Translations under genes and position numbers: made by a program
The notes under the pieces: model-generated
What the model saw: only the letters and a program-made list of their open reading frames with translations
Databases searched by the model: none
Told to the model about the DNA's origin: nothing
Shown here: positions 31,709-41,583 of the stretch, in pieces
Numbering within the stretch: position 1 is the first letter of the stretch
Layout of the letters: the number at the start of each line of letters is the position of its first letter
Assembly: GCA_044226035.1 (NCBI GenBank)
Contig: JBGAHT010000007.1
Coordinates: 2,406-66,405 of the forward strand
From: Thermomonas sp.
GTDB taxonomy: Bacteria; Pseudomonadota; Gammaproteobacteria; Xanthomonadales; Xanthomonadaceae
Length of the DNA: 64,000 nucleotides
Reading direction: 5' to 3'

Positions 31709-32611
31709 TCAATTCGCAAGATCCAGCGCGGCGTGCTTGGCCGCGCGCCGCTTCGCCAGCGGCTGGCTCCAGTCGTTGCCGAATACCGCCGGCTCCCAGT
31801 GGCCGTAGCTGGGGTTGGGCAGCATCCACCAGCGCTGGCCGAACCAGTCGCGGTACTTGCCGGCCAGCTGGCCGCGTTCCTTGGGCGTGTTCTCCGGCAC
31901 CTGCACGAAGTCGCCGAGCTGGTCGCCGAATTGCATCAGCACCCGGTACCGCTGTCCGGCGAGGCGGCGGCGGCAGTCCTTCTCGGTGCCGAGCTGCCGG
32001 CAGCCCGGCACCACGGTGCCGAGGCCGAGGAACACGCTGTCGTCCCGCACCGGCAGCCCGACCGCGCGCAGGTTGGCGATGGTCGCCGCCTGCAGGTGCT
32101 CGCCGCGGTTGGACAGGTACACCACGGTGATGCCGCGCGCGGCGGCGGCCTGCGCGAACGCGACCACGCCCGGCAGCGGCTGCGCCTTCTTCTCCGCCAC
32201 CCACGCGTCCCAGCTGGCCTTCTCGAATTCCTTGCCGCTGGCGATCAGCCGCGCCTGGTAGGGCGAGTTGTCGAGCACGGTCTCGTCCACGTCCATCACC
32301 ACCGCCGGCGGCAACCCGGTTGCGGCGTTGCCGCGCTCCGCGGGCACCAGCGCGTCGCGGCCCGTGTCGGCGAGCGCGGCGTCGAGCTGCGCGGTCGCGG
32401 CGTGGTAGATGGTTTCGCACACCGCGCCGTATTCGGCCGAGTCCTGCATCCACAGCACCGCGTTGAGGTTGTCGTTCGGCTTGGCCGGGTTCGCGGCCAC
32501 CGCCTTCGGCGGCGGGATCTCGCCCGCGGCCGGCGCGGTGAACGAGGTCGGCTTGCATGCGGCCAGCGCGAGTGCGCAGGCGAGCAGCGTCGGGATGCGG
32601 GGGGAAGGCAT
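31709..32611 (-). CDS. Class C acid phosphatase / 5'-nucleotidase, lipoprotein e(P4) family (HAD superfamily)
   Basis: Lipobox LLACALALAAC. DVDETVLDNSPY is HAD motif I of e(P4)/OlpA-type phosphatases. Confidence 0.75.
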   Translation of the reverse strand: MPSPRIPTLLACALALAACKPTSFTAPAAGEIPPPKAVAANPAKPNDNLNAVLWMQDSAEYGAVCETIYHAATAQLDAALADTGRDALVPAERGNAATGLPPAVVMDVDETVLDNSPYQARLIASGKEFEKASWDAWVAEKKAQPLPGVVAFAQAAAARGITVVYLSNRGEHLQAATIANLRAVGLPVRDDSVFLGLGTVVPGCRQLGTEKDCRRRLAGQRYRVLMQFGDQLGDFVQVPENTPKERGQLAGKYRDWFGQRWWMLPNPSYGHWEPAVFGNDWSQPLAKRRAAKHAALDLAN

Positions 32612-32665
32612 GGCGGACTCCGTGTGGATCGCGCGAGTCTAGCCCGCGGCCATGGCGGCCGCGCC

Positions 32666-34642
32666 TCAGCCGTCGAGCAGCGCGCGGATATCGGCGAAAC
32701 CGGCGGCCGCGCGTTCGGCCTTGCGCGCCGCGTCCGCGACCGGATCGTCGCCGTCGCGCTGCAGTTCGGCCGCGGGCAGTTCGTCGAGGAAGCGGCTCGG
32801 CACGAGGCGCTGCCTGCCGCCCCAGCGCGTGGCCTCGCGCGCATGCGACAGCCACAACCGTTCCTTGGCGCGGGTGATGCCGACGTAGAGCAGGCGGCGT
32901 TCCTCCTCCAGCCGGCCTTCGTCGATGCTGGCCTCGTGCGGCAGCGTGCCGTCCTCGACGCCGACGATGAACACGAAGCGGAACTCCAGGCCCTTGGCCG
33001 CGTGCAGGCTCATCAGCCGCACCTGGTTGCCGGCGTTGTCGCGGTCGGCGTGGCTGAGCAGGGCCAGTTGCGCGGCCAGTTCGGCGATGCCGGCGCCGCG
33101 CGCGTTCGCGAACCAGTCGGCGAGTTCCTCCAGGTTGCCGCGGCGCAGCGCGAACAGGCTTTCACTGCTGCTGTGCGCGCGCAACGCGTCCAGCAACCCG
33201 GAACGCGATGCCAGCGCGCGCACCAGTTCGTTCGGCGGCAGGCGCGCGGCGTCGCTGCGCAGCGCGCGCACCAGGTCGGTGAAGCCGGCGATCGCGTTCG
33301 CCGAACGCGCCGGCAACTGCTTCAGCAGGCCGACCGATTCGGCGGCGCGCGCCAGCGGCAAATGCGCCTCGCGCGCGAGTTCGCCCAGCTTCGCCAGCGT
33401 GGTCGCGCCGACGCCGCGATTGGGCGCCTGCACCGCGCGCAGGAACGCGGCGTCGTCCTCGGGGTTGGCGAGCAGGCGCAGCCACGCCAGCGCGTCCTTC
33501 ACCTCGCCGCGGTCGAGGAAGGCGGTGCCGCCGGAGAGGTGGTAGGGAACGCGCAGCAGCTGCAGCGCCTTCTCCAGCGCGCGGCTCTGGTGGTTGCCGC
33601 GGAACAGCACGCAGAACTCGCTCCACGGCGCCGAATGCTTCTGCGCGGTGAATTGCAATTCCGCCGCGACCTTCTCCGCCTCGTGCGCGCCGTCGCGGCA
33701 TTCCCACACGCGGATGCGCTCGCCGTCGGCCTGCGCGCTCCACAGCGTCTTCGGGTGTTCGTGCGGGTTGCGCGCGATCAGCGCGTTCGCCGCGCGCAGC
33801 ACGCGGTTGCTGCAGCGGTAGTTCTGCTCGAGCTTGACGATCTTCAGCGCCGGGTAGTCGCGCGACAGCTGCGACAGGTTTTCCGGGTTGGCGCCGCGCC
33901 AGGCGTAGATGCTCTGGTCGTCGTCGCCCACGCAGGTGAAATCGCCGCGTTCGCCGGCAATCGCCTTCAGCAGCCGGTACTGCGCGTCGTTGGTGTCCTG
34001 GCATTCGTCGACCAGCAGGTAGCCGATGCGTTCGCGCCAGGCGGCGTTCGCCTCGGCGTCGGTTTCCAGCAGCTGCACCGGCAGCCGGATCAGGTCGTCG
34101 AAATCGACCGCGTTGAACGCGTGCAGGCGCTGCTGGTAGCGCGCGTACAGCGCCGCGGCCTCGCGTTCGCGCGCGCCCAGCGCGTTCGCCGCCGCCTGTT
34201 CGGGCGAGAGGCCGGCGTTCTTCGCCCGCGACAGCAGCGATTGCGCGGCCTGCACCGCGTCGGGCTTGGCGCCGGGCATCAGGTCGCGGACCTGCGCCAT
34301 CGCGTCGTCCGCGTCGAACACCGAAAAGCCGCGGCGCAGCCCGAGTTTCGCGTGTTCGGCCTGGACGATGCGCAATCCGAGCGCGTGGAAGGTGCACACG
34401 GTCAGGCCTTCGCCGGCATCGCCGCGGAGCCGGCGGCCGACGCGTTCGCGCATTTCCTTCGCCGCCTTGTTGGTGAAGGTGATCGCGGCGATGCGCTTGG
34501 CGGGCACGTGCCCGCCCTGCACGAGGTGCGCGATCTTCTCCACGATCACGCGCGTCTTGCCCGACCCGGCGCCGGCGAGCACCAGCAGCGGGCCGTGGAC
34601 GTGCAGGACCGCGTCGCGTTGCTGGGGGTTGAGGCCGTTCAT
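32666..34642 (-). CDS. rep: ATP-dependent DNA helicase Rep (UvrD/Rep superfamily 1)
   Basis: MNGLNPQQRDAVLHVHGPLLVLAGAGSGKTRV...FTNKAAKEM...LLVDECQDTN...QNYRC. The 658-aa length fits Rep better than UvrD. Confidence 0.8.
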   Translation of the reverse strand: MNGLNPQQRDAVLHVHGPLLVLAGAGSGKTRVIVEKIAHLVQGGHVPAKRIAAITFTNKAAKEMRERVGRRLRGDAGEGLTVCTFHALGLRIVQAEHAKLGLRRGFSVFDADDAMAQVRDLMPGAKPDAVQAAQSLLSRAKNAGLSPEQAAANALGAREREAAALYARYQQRLHAFNAVDFDDLIRLPVQLLETDAEANAAWRERIGYLLVDECQDTNDAQYRLLKAIAGERGDFTCVGDDDQSIYAWRGANPENLSQLSRDYPALKIVKLEQNYRCSNRVLRAANALIARNPHEHPKTLWSAQADGERIRVWECRDGAHEAEKVAAELQFTAQKHSAPWSEFCVLFRGNHQSRALEKALQLLRVPYHLSGGTAFLDRGEVKDALAWLRLLANPEDDAAFLRAVQAPNRGVGATTLAKLGELAREAHLPLARAAESVGLLKQLPARSANAIAGFTDLVRALRSDAARLPPNELVRALASRSGLLDALRAHSSSESLFALRRGNLEELADWFANARGAGIAELAAQLALLSHADRDNAGNQVRLMSLHAAKGLEFRFVFIVGVEDGTLPHEASIDEGRLEEERRLLYVGITRAKERLWLSHAREATRWGGRQRLVPSRFLDELPAAELQRDGDDPVADAARKAERAAAGFADIRALLDG

Positions 34643-34674
34643 GCACGATCCGGAAAACGGGTTCGCATTGTACG

Positions 34675-34720
34675 TGCCCCGATGTCATCCTGAGCGCAGC
34701 GAAGGACCTGCTTTTCGCCA
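34675..34720. repeat. REP-like element (tgtcatcctgagcgcagcgaaggacctg)
   Basis: Same family as the element at 24.0 kb. Lies in the rep/tdk divergent intergenic region. Confidence 0.5.
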
Positions 34721-34780
34721 GCGATGAAGCACGCCCTTGCCCGCATCGAGTCCGGGGCCGGGCGACATTAGAATCGGCGC

Positions 34781-35404
34781 ATGGCCAAGCTCTACTTCTA
34801 CTACTCGGCGATGAACGCGGGGAAGACCACCACCCTGCTGCAATCGGCGCACAACTACCGCGAGCGCGGGATGCGCGTGCTGATCCTGACCCCGCGCCTG
34901 GACGACCGCTCCGGCAGCGGCACCATCGCCTCGCGCATCGGCCTGCGTGCGCAGGGGCGGGCGTTCGGCCGCGACGAGAACCTCGAGCAGCTGGTGCGCG
35001 AGGACATCGCCGCGCACGGCAAGCTCGGCTGCGTGCTGGTGGACGAGGCGCAATTCCTCGCCAAGGCGCAGGCCTGGCAACTCTCGGACGTGGTCGACGC
35101 GCTGCACGTGCCGGTGTTGTGCTACGGCCTGCGCACCGATTTCCGCGGCGAGCTGTTCGAGGGCAGCGCGGCGCTGCTGGCCTGGGCGGACGAGCTGGAG
35201 GAAATCAAGACCATCTGCCACAGCGGCAGGAAGGCGACGATGACGGTGCGCGTGGACGAACACGGGCGCGCGGTGCGGCAGGGCCCGCAGGTGGAGATCG
35301 GCGGCAACGAGCGCTACGTGTCGGTGTCGCGCGCGGAGTTCAAGAAGGTGATGCGCGGCGAAAGCCGGATCGAATCGCAGCAGGACGTGTTGCCGCTGGA
35401 ATGA
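34781..35404 (+). CDS. tdk: Thymidine kinase
   Basis: [38 protein letters not shown]...VLVDEAQF. Confidence 0.9.
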   Translation: MAKLYFYYSAMNAGKTTTLLQSAHNYRERGMRVLILTPRLDDRSGSGTIASRIGLRAQGRAFGRDENLEQLVREDIAAHGKLGCVLVDEAQFLAKAQAWQLSDVVDALHVPVLCYGLRTDFRGELFEGSAALLAWADELEEIKTICHSGRKATMTVRVDEHGRAVRQGPQVEIGGNERYVSVSRAEFKKVMRGESRIESQQDVLPLE

Positions 35405-35411
35405 ATCGCGC

Positions 35412-38210
35412 TCAGCGGCAACGCGCCGCGATCGCCGCGACCTTGCGCACGATGCTGCCGCCTTCGGGCAGCGCCACGCGCAGCTCGCCGTCGAGCTTGC
35501 GCAAGGCGCCGAGCGCCGCGGCGCGTTGCGGGCCGTGGCAGCGCAGGCCCGCGGCTTCGGCACGCGCCTGCCAGGCGACCTTGCGCAGTTCGAAATCGTT
35601 GCCGGGCAACTTGCCGAGCGCATCGAGTTGCGCCAGTGCCGGGCCGCTCCCGTGCAGCGCCTGGTACTTCGCCAGCGACAGCTGCGCGCGGCGCGCGGGC
35701 GCGCGGGTCGGGCCGTAGGCGGCGTCCAGGATCCGCACCGCGCGTTGCAACTCGGCTTCGGCCTGCGCATCGCCCAGCGCGGCATGGATCTCGCCGAGCA
35801 GGCGGTCGCATTCCCCGACCAGCGCATGCGCGTCGCCCAGCAGCGGCGCGCGCAGTCGACGGCTGCGTTCGACCAGGGGCAATGCCTCCGCGTCGCGCTT
35901 GTCGTCGTGCAGGATCAGCGCCTTGTTGAACAGCGCCGAGGCCAGCCGCAGCGGTTGCCCCTGGTCGCTCCAGATGCCGATGGCGTGGTCGATGGACGCG
36001 AGCGCGGCCGGGATGTCGCCGCGTTCCCAGTCGACGATGGCGAGGCTGTTGTCGTCCACCGCCACGTCCTCGCTGCGCGGGCCGAGGCGTTCGGACAGCC
36101 ATTCGCGGCTGTGGGTGAAGGCCGCGTCGGCTTCGCGCAGGCGGCCGAGGTCGACCAGCAGCGCCGCCCATTGCCGGCTGGCGTCGAGGGTTTCGCGGTG
36201 TTGCGGGCCGAGCACGCCGTCGGCGAGCGCCAGCGCGCGTTGGCAATCGCGCTGCGCCGCGACCATCTCGCCGGCGATGCGTTCCAGCGAACAGATGTTG
36301 CGCAGCAGCTCCACCGCCAGCGGATGGCGCATGCCCGGCCCGGCCTGCAGCCGGGACAGCGCGTCGCGGTAGCCCGCCAGCGCGCCGGCGTTGTCGGCCG
36401 CGTCCTTGCGCAGGTCGGCGAGGTCGACCAGGTTCTCGATCGCGCCGGCTTCGTCCTCGAGCGTATTGCGGTGGATCGCGAGCGCGCGGTCGAACAGCAC
36501 GGCGGCGCCGTCGCGGTCGCCGGCGCGGCGCTTGCAGCGGCCGAATTCGGAATAGAAGTCCGCAACCTGCACCGGCAACCGCGCCTGCTCGCGGCGCGCG
36601 CTGGCTTCCATCGGCAGCAGGGTCTGCAGGCATTCGCCGGGTTGCGCGATCAGGCGCTGGACGTGGCCGATGTCGGTGTATAGCGCGAGCAGCAGGCCCG
36701 GCGACGGCCGGTCCAGTGCGGCCACGACCTGCGCCTCGCGGCGCAGCAGGTCGTAGGCGGAACGGTAGTCGCCGAGGCCGATGCGCAGGCGCGCGACCAC
36801 GCCGTAGAGTTCGGCGCGCGCCTCGGGCTGGCGCGCGAGCTCGCGGTCGCCGCGGGCGATGCCGGCGTCGAGCAGGCGGCGGACGTCGATGCTGCCGGGA
36901 TTGGGCGCTTCGCCCGCGTTCTGGAACAGGCCGACCACGAAATCCTGCATCGCCTGCGCGCGCGCGGCCTCGCGCAGGGCCTGCCGCGCCTGCCAGGCGA
37001 CGATGCCGAGCGCGGTGGAGAGCACCAGCAGCACCAGCAGCGCGGTCGACAGCGCCCAGCGGTGGCGGTGCACGTACTTGCGCAGGCGGTACTCGACGCT
37101 GTGCGGGCGCGCCAGCACCGGCTTGCCGTCGAGGAAGCGGCGGATGTCCAGCGCCAGCGCCTCGACCGAGGGATAGCGCCGCTCGGGCTGCTTGGCCAGC
37201 GCCTTGCGCACGATGTTGTCGAGGTCGCCGGCGACCTGGCGCGCGAGCTTGCGCAGCGCGTGCGCGCGTTCGGGCTCGGCATCGGCCATGCGCTGCAGCA
37301 CCTGCGAGGGGCGCTGCGGGTCGGCGTGCAGGATCGCTTCCTCCCACTCCGCGTCGGTCGGCCGCCGCGGCTTGTACGGCTTGCCGCCGGTGAGCAGTTC
37401 GTACAGCACCACGCCGAGCGAATACACGTCGGTCATGGTCGTGACCGGTTCGCCGCGGATCTGTTCCGGCGCGGCGTAGTGCAGGGTGAACGCGCGCAGC
37501 CCGGTGCGCGTGTTCTCCGGCGCGGCCTCGGGGTTGTCGAGCAGCTTGGCGATGCCGAAGTCGAGCAAGCGCACGTCGTCGAGCGCGGTGACCATGATGT
37601 TCGACGGCTTCAGGTCGCGGTGCACGATCAGGTTCGCGTGCGCGTGGCTGACCGCGTCGCAGGTCTGCAGGAACAGCGCGAGGCGCTGCGCCAGCGGCGG
37701 TTGCCGCTGCGATGCCCAGTCGGTGATCGGTTCGCCGTCGACGTATTCCAGCGCGAGGTAGGGCTGGCCGTCCTGGGTAGCGCCGGCGTCGAGCAGGCGC
37801 GCGATGTTGGCGTGTTCCAGCCGCGCCAGGATCTGCCGCTCGCGGGTGAAACGCAGGCGCAGGTTCGGGTCGGCGAGGCCGGGGCGCAGCAGTTTCAGCG
37901 CGACCCGGCGCTGGTACAGGCCGTCGTCGCGGCAGGCCATCCACACCTGGCCCATGCCGCCTTCGCCGAGCAGGCGTTCGAGCCGGTACGGGCCGATGGC
38001 TGCGCCGGGGCGGGGCCCGGGCGCGGCGAGCAGCGGTTCGCTCAGGAATTCGTCGTTGCCCGCTTCCTCGGCCAGCAGCGCCTCGAGGTCGTCCGCGGTC
38101 GCGGGATCTTCCTCGCGCATCAGCGCGAGGCTGCGCGCGCGCGTTTCCGCGTCCAGTTCCAGCAACGCATCGAGCAGGGGCGACAGCCGTTGCCAGCGAT
38201 CGGCATCCAT
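35412..38210 (-). CDS. Ser/Thr protein kinase with C-terminal TPR-like repeat region, paired with an ECF sigma factor
   Basis: 932 aa. N-terminal ~60-aa helical extension, then the kinase domain (GEGGMGQVW...ALK...HRDLKPSNIMV...DFGIAKLL...APEQ). A TM segment (WALSTALLVLLVLSTALGIVAW). C-terminal ~500 aa is helical-repeat/TPR-like. Confidence 0.85.
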   Translation of the reverse strand: MDADRWQRLSPLLDALLELDAETRARSLALMREEDPATADDLEALLAEEAGNDEFLSEPLLAAPGPRPGAAIGPYRLERLLGEGGMGQVWMACRDDGLYQRRVALKLLRPGLADPNLRLRFTRERQILARLEHANIARLLDAGATQDGQPYLALEYVDGEPITDWASQRQPPLAQRLALFLQTCDAVSHAHANLIVHRDLKPSNIMVTALDDVRLLDFGIAKLLDNPEAAPENTRTGLRAFTLHYAAPEQIRGEPVTTMTDVYSLGVVLYELLTGGKPYKPRRPTDAEWEEAILHADPQRPSQVLQRMADAEPERAHALRKLARQVAGDLDNIVRKALAKQPERRYPSVEALALDIRRFLDGKPVLARPHSVEYRLRKYVHRHRWALSTALLVLLVLSTALGIVAWQARQALREAARAQAMQDFVVGLFQNAGEAPNPGSIDVRRLLDAGIARGDRELARQPEARAELYGVVARLRIGLGDYRSAYDLLRREAQVVAALDRPSPGLLLALYTDIGHVQRLIAQPGECLQTLLPMEASARREQARLPVQVADFYSEFGRCKRRAGDRDGAAVLFDRALAIHRNTLEDEAGAIENLVDLADLRKDAADNAGALAGYRDALSRLQAGPGMRHPLAVELLRNICSLERIAGEMVAAQRDCQRALALADGVLGPQHRETLDASRQWAALLVDLGRLREADAAFTHSREWLSERLGPRSEDVAVDDNSLAIVDWERGDIPAALASIDHAIGIWSDQGQPLRLASALFNKALILHDDKRDAEALPLVERSRRLRAPLLGDAHALVGECDRLLGEIHAALGDAQAEAELQRAVRILDAAYGPTRAPARRAQLSLAKYQALHGSGPALAQLDALGKLPGNDFELRKVAWQARAEAAGLRCHGPQRAAALGALRKLDGELRVALPEGGSIVRKVAAIAARCR

Positions 38211-38221
38211 GCGCGCCGGGC

Positions 38222-38785
38222 TCAGGCTTCCTTGAGCGAGGCGAGCAGGAACATCCGCGCCTTCTGCCAGTCGCGGCGGATGCTGCGTTCCGAACGCTCG
38301 AGCAGGCCGGCGATCTCCAGCTCGGACAGGCCGCCGAAGTAGCGCAGTTCCACGACCTGCGCGAGCTTGGGATCGATCGCCGCGAGCTTGGTCAGCGCCG
38401 CGTCGAGGCCGAGCGTTTCGTCGTCCACGCGCAGCGCGGATTCGAGGTCGTCGGGCAGGTCGGTGACGCGGTGCAGGTCGCCGCCGCGCTTCTGCGCGAG
38501 GCGCTGGCGGGCGTAGTCGACCACCACGCTGCGCATCGCCGAGGCGGCGTAGGCGAAGAAGTGCGCGCGATCGCTGAACTCCACCTCGCGCCGGCCGGTG
38601 AGCTTGAGGTAGGCCTCGTGCACCAGCGCGGTGGCGTCGAGCGTGTGCCCGCGCTGGCCGGCGAGCTGGCGCCGGGCCATGGCGTGGAGTTCGTGGTAGA
38701 GCGTGGACAGCACCTGCCCGAGCGCATCGCGATCGCCGTCGCGCGCGGCGCCGAGCAGTTGGGTGATGTCGCCCGATTCCGGCAT
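38222..38785 (-). CDS. ECF sigma factor (paralog of the one at 794-1360)
   Basis: ALVHEAYLKL ... VELRYFGGLSELEIAGLLERSERSIRRDWQKARMFL. The kinase starts 12 bp downstream. Confidence 0.85.
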   Translation of the reverse strand: MPESGDITQLLGAARDGDRDALGQVLSTLYHELHAMARRQLAGQRGHTLDATALVHEAYLKLTGRREVEFSDRAHFFAYAASAMRSVVVDYARQRLAQKRGGDLHRVTDLPDDLESALRVDDETLGLDAALTKLAAIDPKLAQVVELRYFGGLSELEIAGLLERSERSIRRDWQKARMFLLASLKEA

Positions 38786-38837
38786 TCGCGCCTCCCCGTG
38801 CCCGCGGCCACTATAACGCCGGCACCCGCGCGCGCCG

Positions 38838-39656
38838 CTAGCGTTGGCAGCGCGCGCACCACACGCTGGCGCGCTGGCCGACCATGGCCTGCTTCAGCGG
38901 CCGGCCGCAACGCGGGCTCTCGCCGCCGTAGGCGGCGAGTTCCTGTTCGAAATATCCCGGCGCGCCGTCCGGGGCGAGGAAATCGCGCAAGGTCGTCCCG
39001 CCGCGGGCGATGGCGTGGGCGAGGATGCGCTTCACCTCGCCGGCCAGCGCGGCGTAGCGTTCGCGCGAGACCTTGCCGGCGGCGCGCAGCGGCGAGATGC
39101 CGGCGGCGAACAGCGCTTCGGCGGCGTAGATGTTGCCGACCCCGACCACGACCTTCTGGTCCATGAGGAAGGTCTTCACCGGCGCGCTGCGGCCGCGGCT
39201 GCGCGCGAACAGGTAATCGCCGTCGAATGCCTCCGACAGCGGCTCCGGCCCCAGTTCGCGCAGCAGGGCGTGGGTTTCGCCCGGCGGTTGCCACAGCAGG
39301 CAGCCGAAGCGGCGCGGGTCGTTGAAGCGCAGCACCCGGCCGGGTGTTCCGCTCGCGCCTTGCAGCGCGAAGTCGACGTGGTCGTGCTCGCGCACCGGCG
39401 TCGCCGCCGGCAGCACGCGCAGGCTGCCGGACATGCCCAGGTGCAGCAGGGCGCTGCCGGCATCGGTGTCGAGCAGCAGGTACTTGGCGCGGCGGCGGAC
39501 CGCGGCGATGCGCTGCCCGGGCAGGCGTTCGGCGACCTCGGGCGGGATCGGCCAGCGCAGGTCCGGGCGGCGCAGCAGGACCGAGCGCACGCGCCGGCCC
39601 TCGAGGTGCGGGGCGAGGCCGGCGCGGGTGGTTTCGACTTCGGGAAGCTCGGGCAT
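38838..39656 (-). CDS. mutM: Formamidopyrimidine-DNA glycosylase
   Basis: [14 protein letters not shown]... N-terminus (the Pro2 nucleophile). C-terminal zinc finger CGRPL...CARCQR. Confidence 0.9.
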   Translation of the reverse strand: MPELPEVETTRAGLAPHLEGRRVRSVLLRRPDLRWPIPPEVAERLPGQRIAAVRRRAKYLLLDTDAGSALLHLGMSGSLRVLPAATPVREHDHVDFALQGASGTPGRVLRFNDPRRFGCLLWQPPGETHALLRELGPEPLSEAFDGDYLFARSRGRSAPVKTFLMDQKVVVGVGNIYAAEALFAAGISPLRAAGKVSRERYAALAGEVKRILAHAIARGGTTLRDFLAPDGAPGYFEQELAAYGGESPRCGRPLKQAMVGQRASVWCARCQR

Positions 39657-39762
39657 GCGGGTCGTGGGGGGTGCGCGGAAGCACAACATACGCCGCGCAC
39701 GCTGTCCGGTCCGGCGACGTGGCTGCGTTTAGACTGCTGTGGAACTTCCAGGGGGATTCGCC

Positions 39763-40878
39763 ATGCGCCGTGCCTTGCTGACCCTTGCCGCCGCCTTCGG
39801 CATCGCGTCCCCGGCGCTGGCGCAGACCTACGACTTCCAGCCGGTCACCGATTACATCAACACCTTCGTCGGCAAGTCGGGGGCGTATCCGCTGAAGGGC
39901 GCCTCGCTGATCGTCATCCAGAACCGCAAGGCGATCTACCGGCAGGGCTTCGGCAGCTATGCGCGGGTCAACCCGACGGTGCCGATCGCCTCGGCCAGCA
40001 AATGGCTTTCGGCGCTGGTGCTGCAGCGCCTGGTGGAAGAAGGGCGGATGAGCTGGGACGACACCGTGGCCGACTACTTCGGCACCGATTACCCGAATGC
40101 GGACGCGACCAAGGGCGCGATCACCCTGGGCCAGATGTTCAGCCATGTCTCCGGGATGTCGGCGGTCAGCAACGACTGCCTGGACTACCCCAACCGCAAC
40201 ATGGCGCTGGACGATTGCGCGAAGGCGATCCTCGCCGAACCGCTGGTCGCGACCCCGGGCGCGCTGTTCGCCTACGGCGAGAATTCGATGCAGGTGGCCG
40301 GCGCCATGGCCGAACGCGCGACCGGCAAGAGTTGGGCGGATCTGCTCCAGTCCGAACTGATCCAGCCGCTGGGCCTGACCGCGACCGACTTCGGCGCGGA
40401 CAAGCGCGGCCGTCCGTTCAACAACCCGATCATCGCCGGCGGCGCGCGCTCGAACCAGCGCGACTACGCGATCGTCGTGCAGATGGTCCTGCAGCACGGC
40501 GCTTACAACGGCAAGCAATACCTGACCCCCGCCAGCATCGCCGAGATGCAGCGCGACCGGACCCACGGCCTGCCGATCGACCCCGACGCGGATCCGTATC
40601 CCGAGGCCTACGGCTACGGCTACGGCGAATGGGTCAACGTGGTCGATTGCGACGGCGTGACGACCCGGGTGTCCAGCACCGGGGTGTTCGGCACCTCGCC
40701 CTGGGTCGATTACGACAACGGCATTGCGGCGGTGTTCCTGGCCTACCAGCAGGCGGCGCCGACCGAACTGAGGCAGGACTTGCGGCAGCTCTGGGACGAG
40801 GTGGCCGGCGTCATCGGCGCGCCGGTGGGCTGCAACGCGGCGAAGCCGATGGCCGGCAGGGCGTCGATCGGCCGCTAG
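39763..40878 (+). CDS. Serine hydrolase, beta-lactamase-related family (secreted)
   Basis: Signal peptide MRRALLTLAAAFGIASPALA. The SxxK motif ASASKW. Confidence 0.7.
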   Translation: MRRALLTLAAAFGIASPALAQTYDFQPVTDYINTFVGKSGAYPLKGASLIVIQNRKAIYRQGFGSYARVNPTVPIASASKWLSALVLQRLVEEGRMSWDDTVADYFGTDYPNADATKGAITLGQMFSHVSGMSAVSNDCLDYPNRNMALDDCAKAILAEPLVATPGALFAYGENSMQVAGAMAERATGKSWADLLQSELIQPLGLTATDFGADKRGRPFNNPIIAGGARSNQRDYAIVVQMVLQHGAYNGKQYLTPASIAEMQRDRTHGLPIDPDADPYPEAYGYGYGEWVNVVDCDGVTTRVSSTGVFGTSPWVDYDNGIAAVFLAYQQAAPTELRQDLRQLWDEVAGVIGAPVGCNAAKPMAGRASIGR

Positions 40879-40933
40879 TCGCGGGCGGGCCATGGCCCTT
40901 AGACTGGGCCAGGATCCAGGGGAGAACCGCGAT

Positions 40934-41497
40934 ATGCCCGGAATGCGATGGAGCGCGGCCGCGCTCCTCCTGGTTTCTGCGTGGGCGCTGGCGGCGACGC
41001 CTGCCCCGGCCCCGCCGGCCGTGGGCGACACCCCGCCGCAACTCCTGGGCAAGGACCGCAACGGCGATCCGGTCGACCTGGCGCAACTGCGCGGCAAGGT
41101 GGTGGTGGTGACGTTCTGGGCGTCCTGGTGCGGCTATTGCCGCAAGGAGCTTCCGGCCTTGAACGCCATGCAGACCGCCACCGGCCCGGACTATTTCCGG
41201 GTGGTCGCGGTCAACGTGCAGGACGGCAACGACGAATACCGCGCCATCACCCGGCAGATGCGCGACTACACCCTGACCTTCACCCGCGACCGCAGCGGCG
41301 CCATCGCCGAAAGCTACGGGGTGAAGTCCTACCCCAACCTGTGGATCATCGACCCCGAAGGCCGGGTCGCGGCGCGGCACATCGGCTACGGCGAGGATTC
41401 GTTCAAGCAGATCGTCGACCAGATCAGCCAGGTGATCCAGGCGGAAGTCGAACGCCTGCATGCCGCCCCCACCGACAAGGCCGCCGCGGCAGGCTGA
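40934..41497 (+). CDS. TlpA-like thiol:disulfide oxidoreductase (thioredoxin fold, periplasmic)
   Basis: Signal peptide, then VVVTFWASWCGYCRKELPAL (a WCxxC motif). Confidence 0.75.
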   Translation: MPGMRWSAAALLLVSAWALAATPAPAPPAVGDTPPQLLGKDRNGDPVDLAQLRGKVVVVTFWASWCGYCRKELPALNAMQTATGPDYFRVVAVNVQDGNDEYRAITRQMRDYTLTFTRDRSGAIAESYGVKSYPNLWIIDPEGRVAARHIGYGEDSFKQIVDQISQVIQAEVERLHAAPTDKAAAAG

Positions 41498-41583
41498 ACG
41501 AACATACGCCCCCCACGGGTGACGCGGGCGGTGGCAGGCCCCATCATGTCCGGTGCGTTTCCCTGCGCCCCCGAGAGCCCGAC

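Noticed and set aside
31733-34693. 986-aa plus-strand ORF
   Set aside because: It is antisense to the Rep helicase gene and low-complexity.
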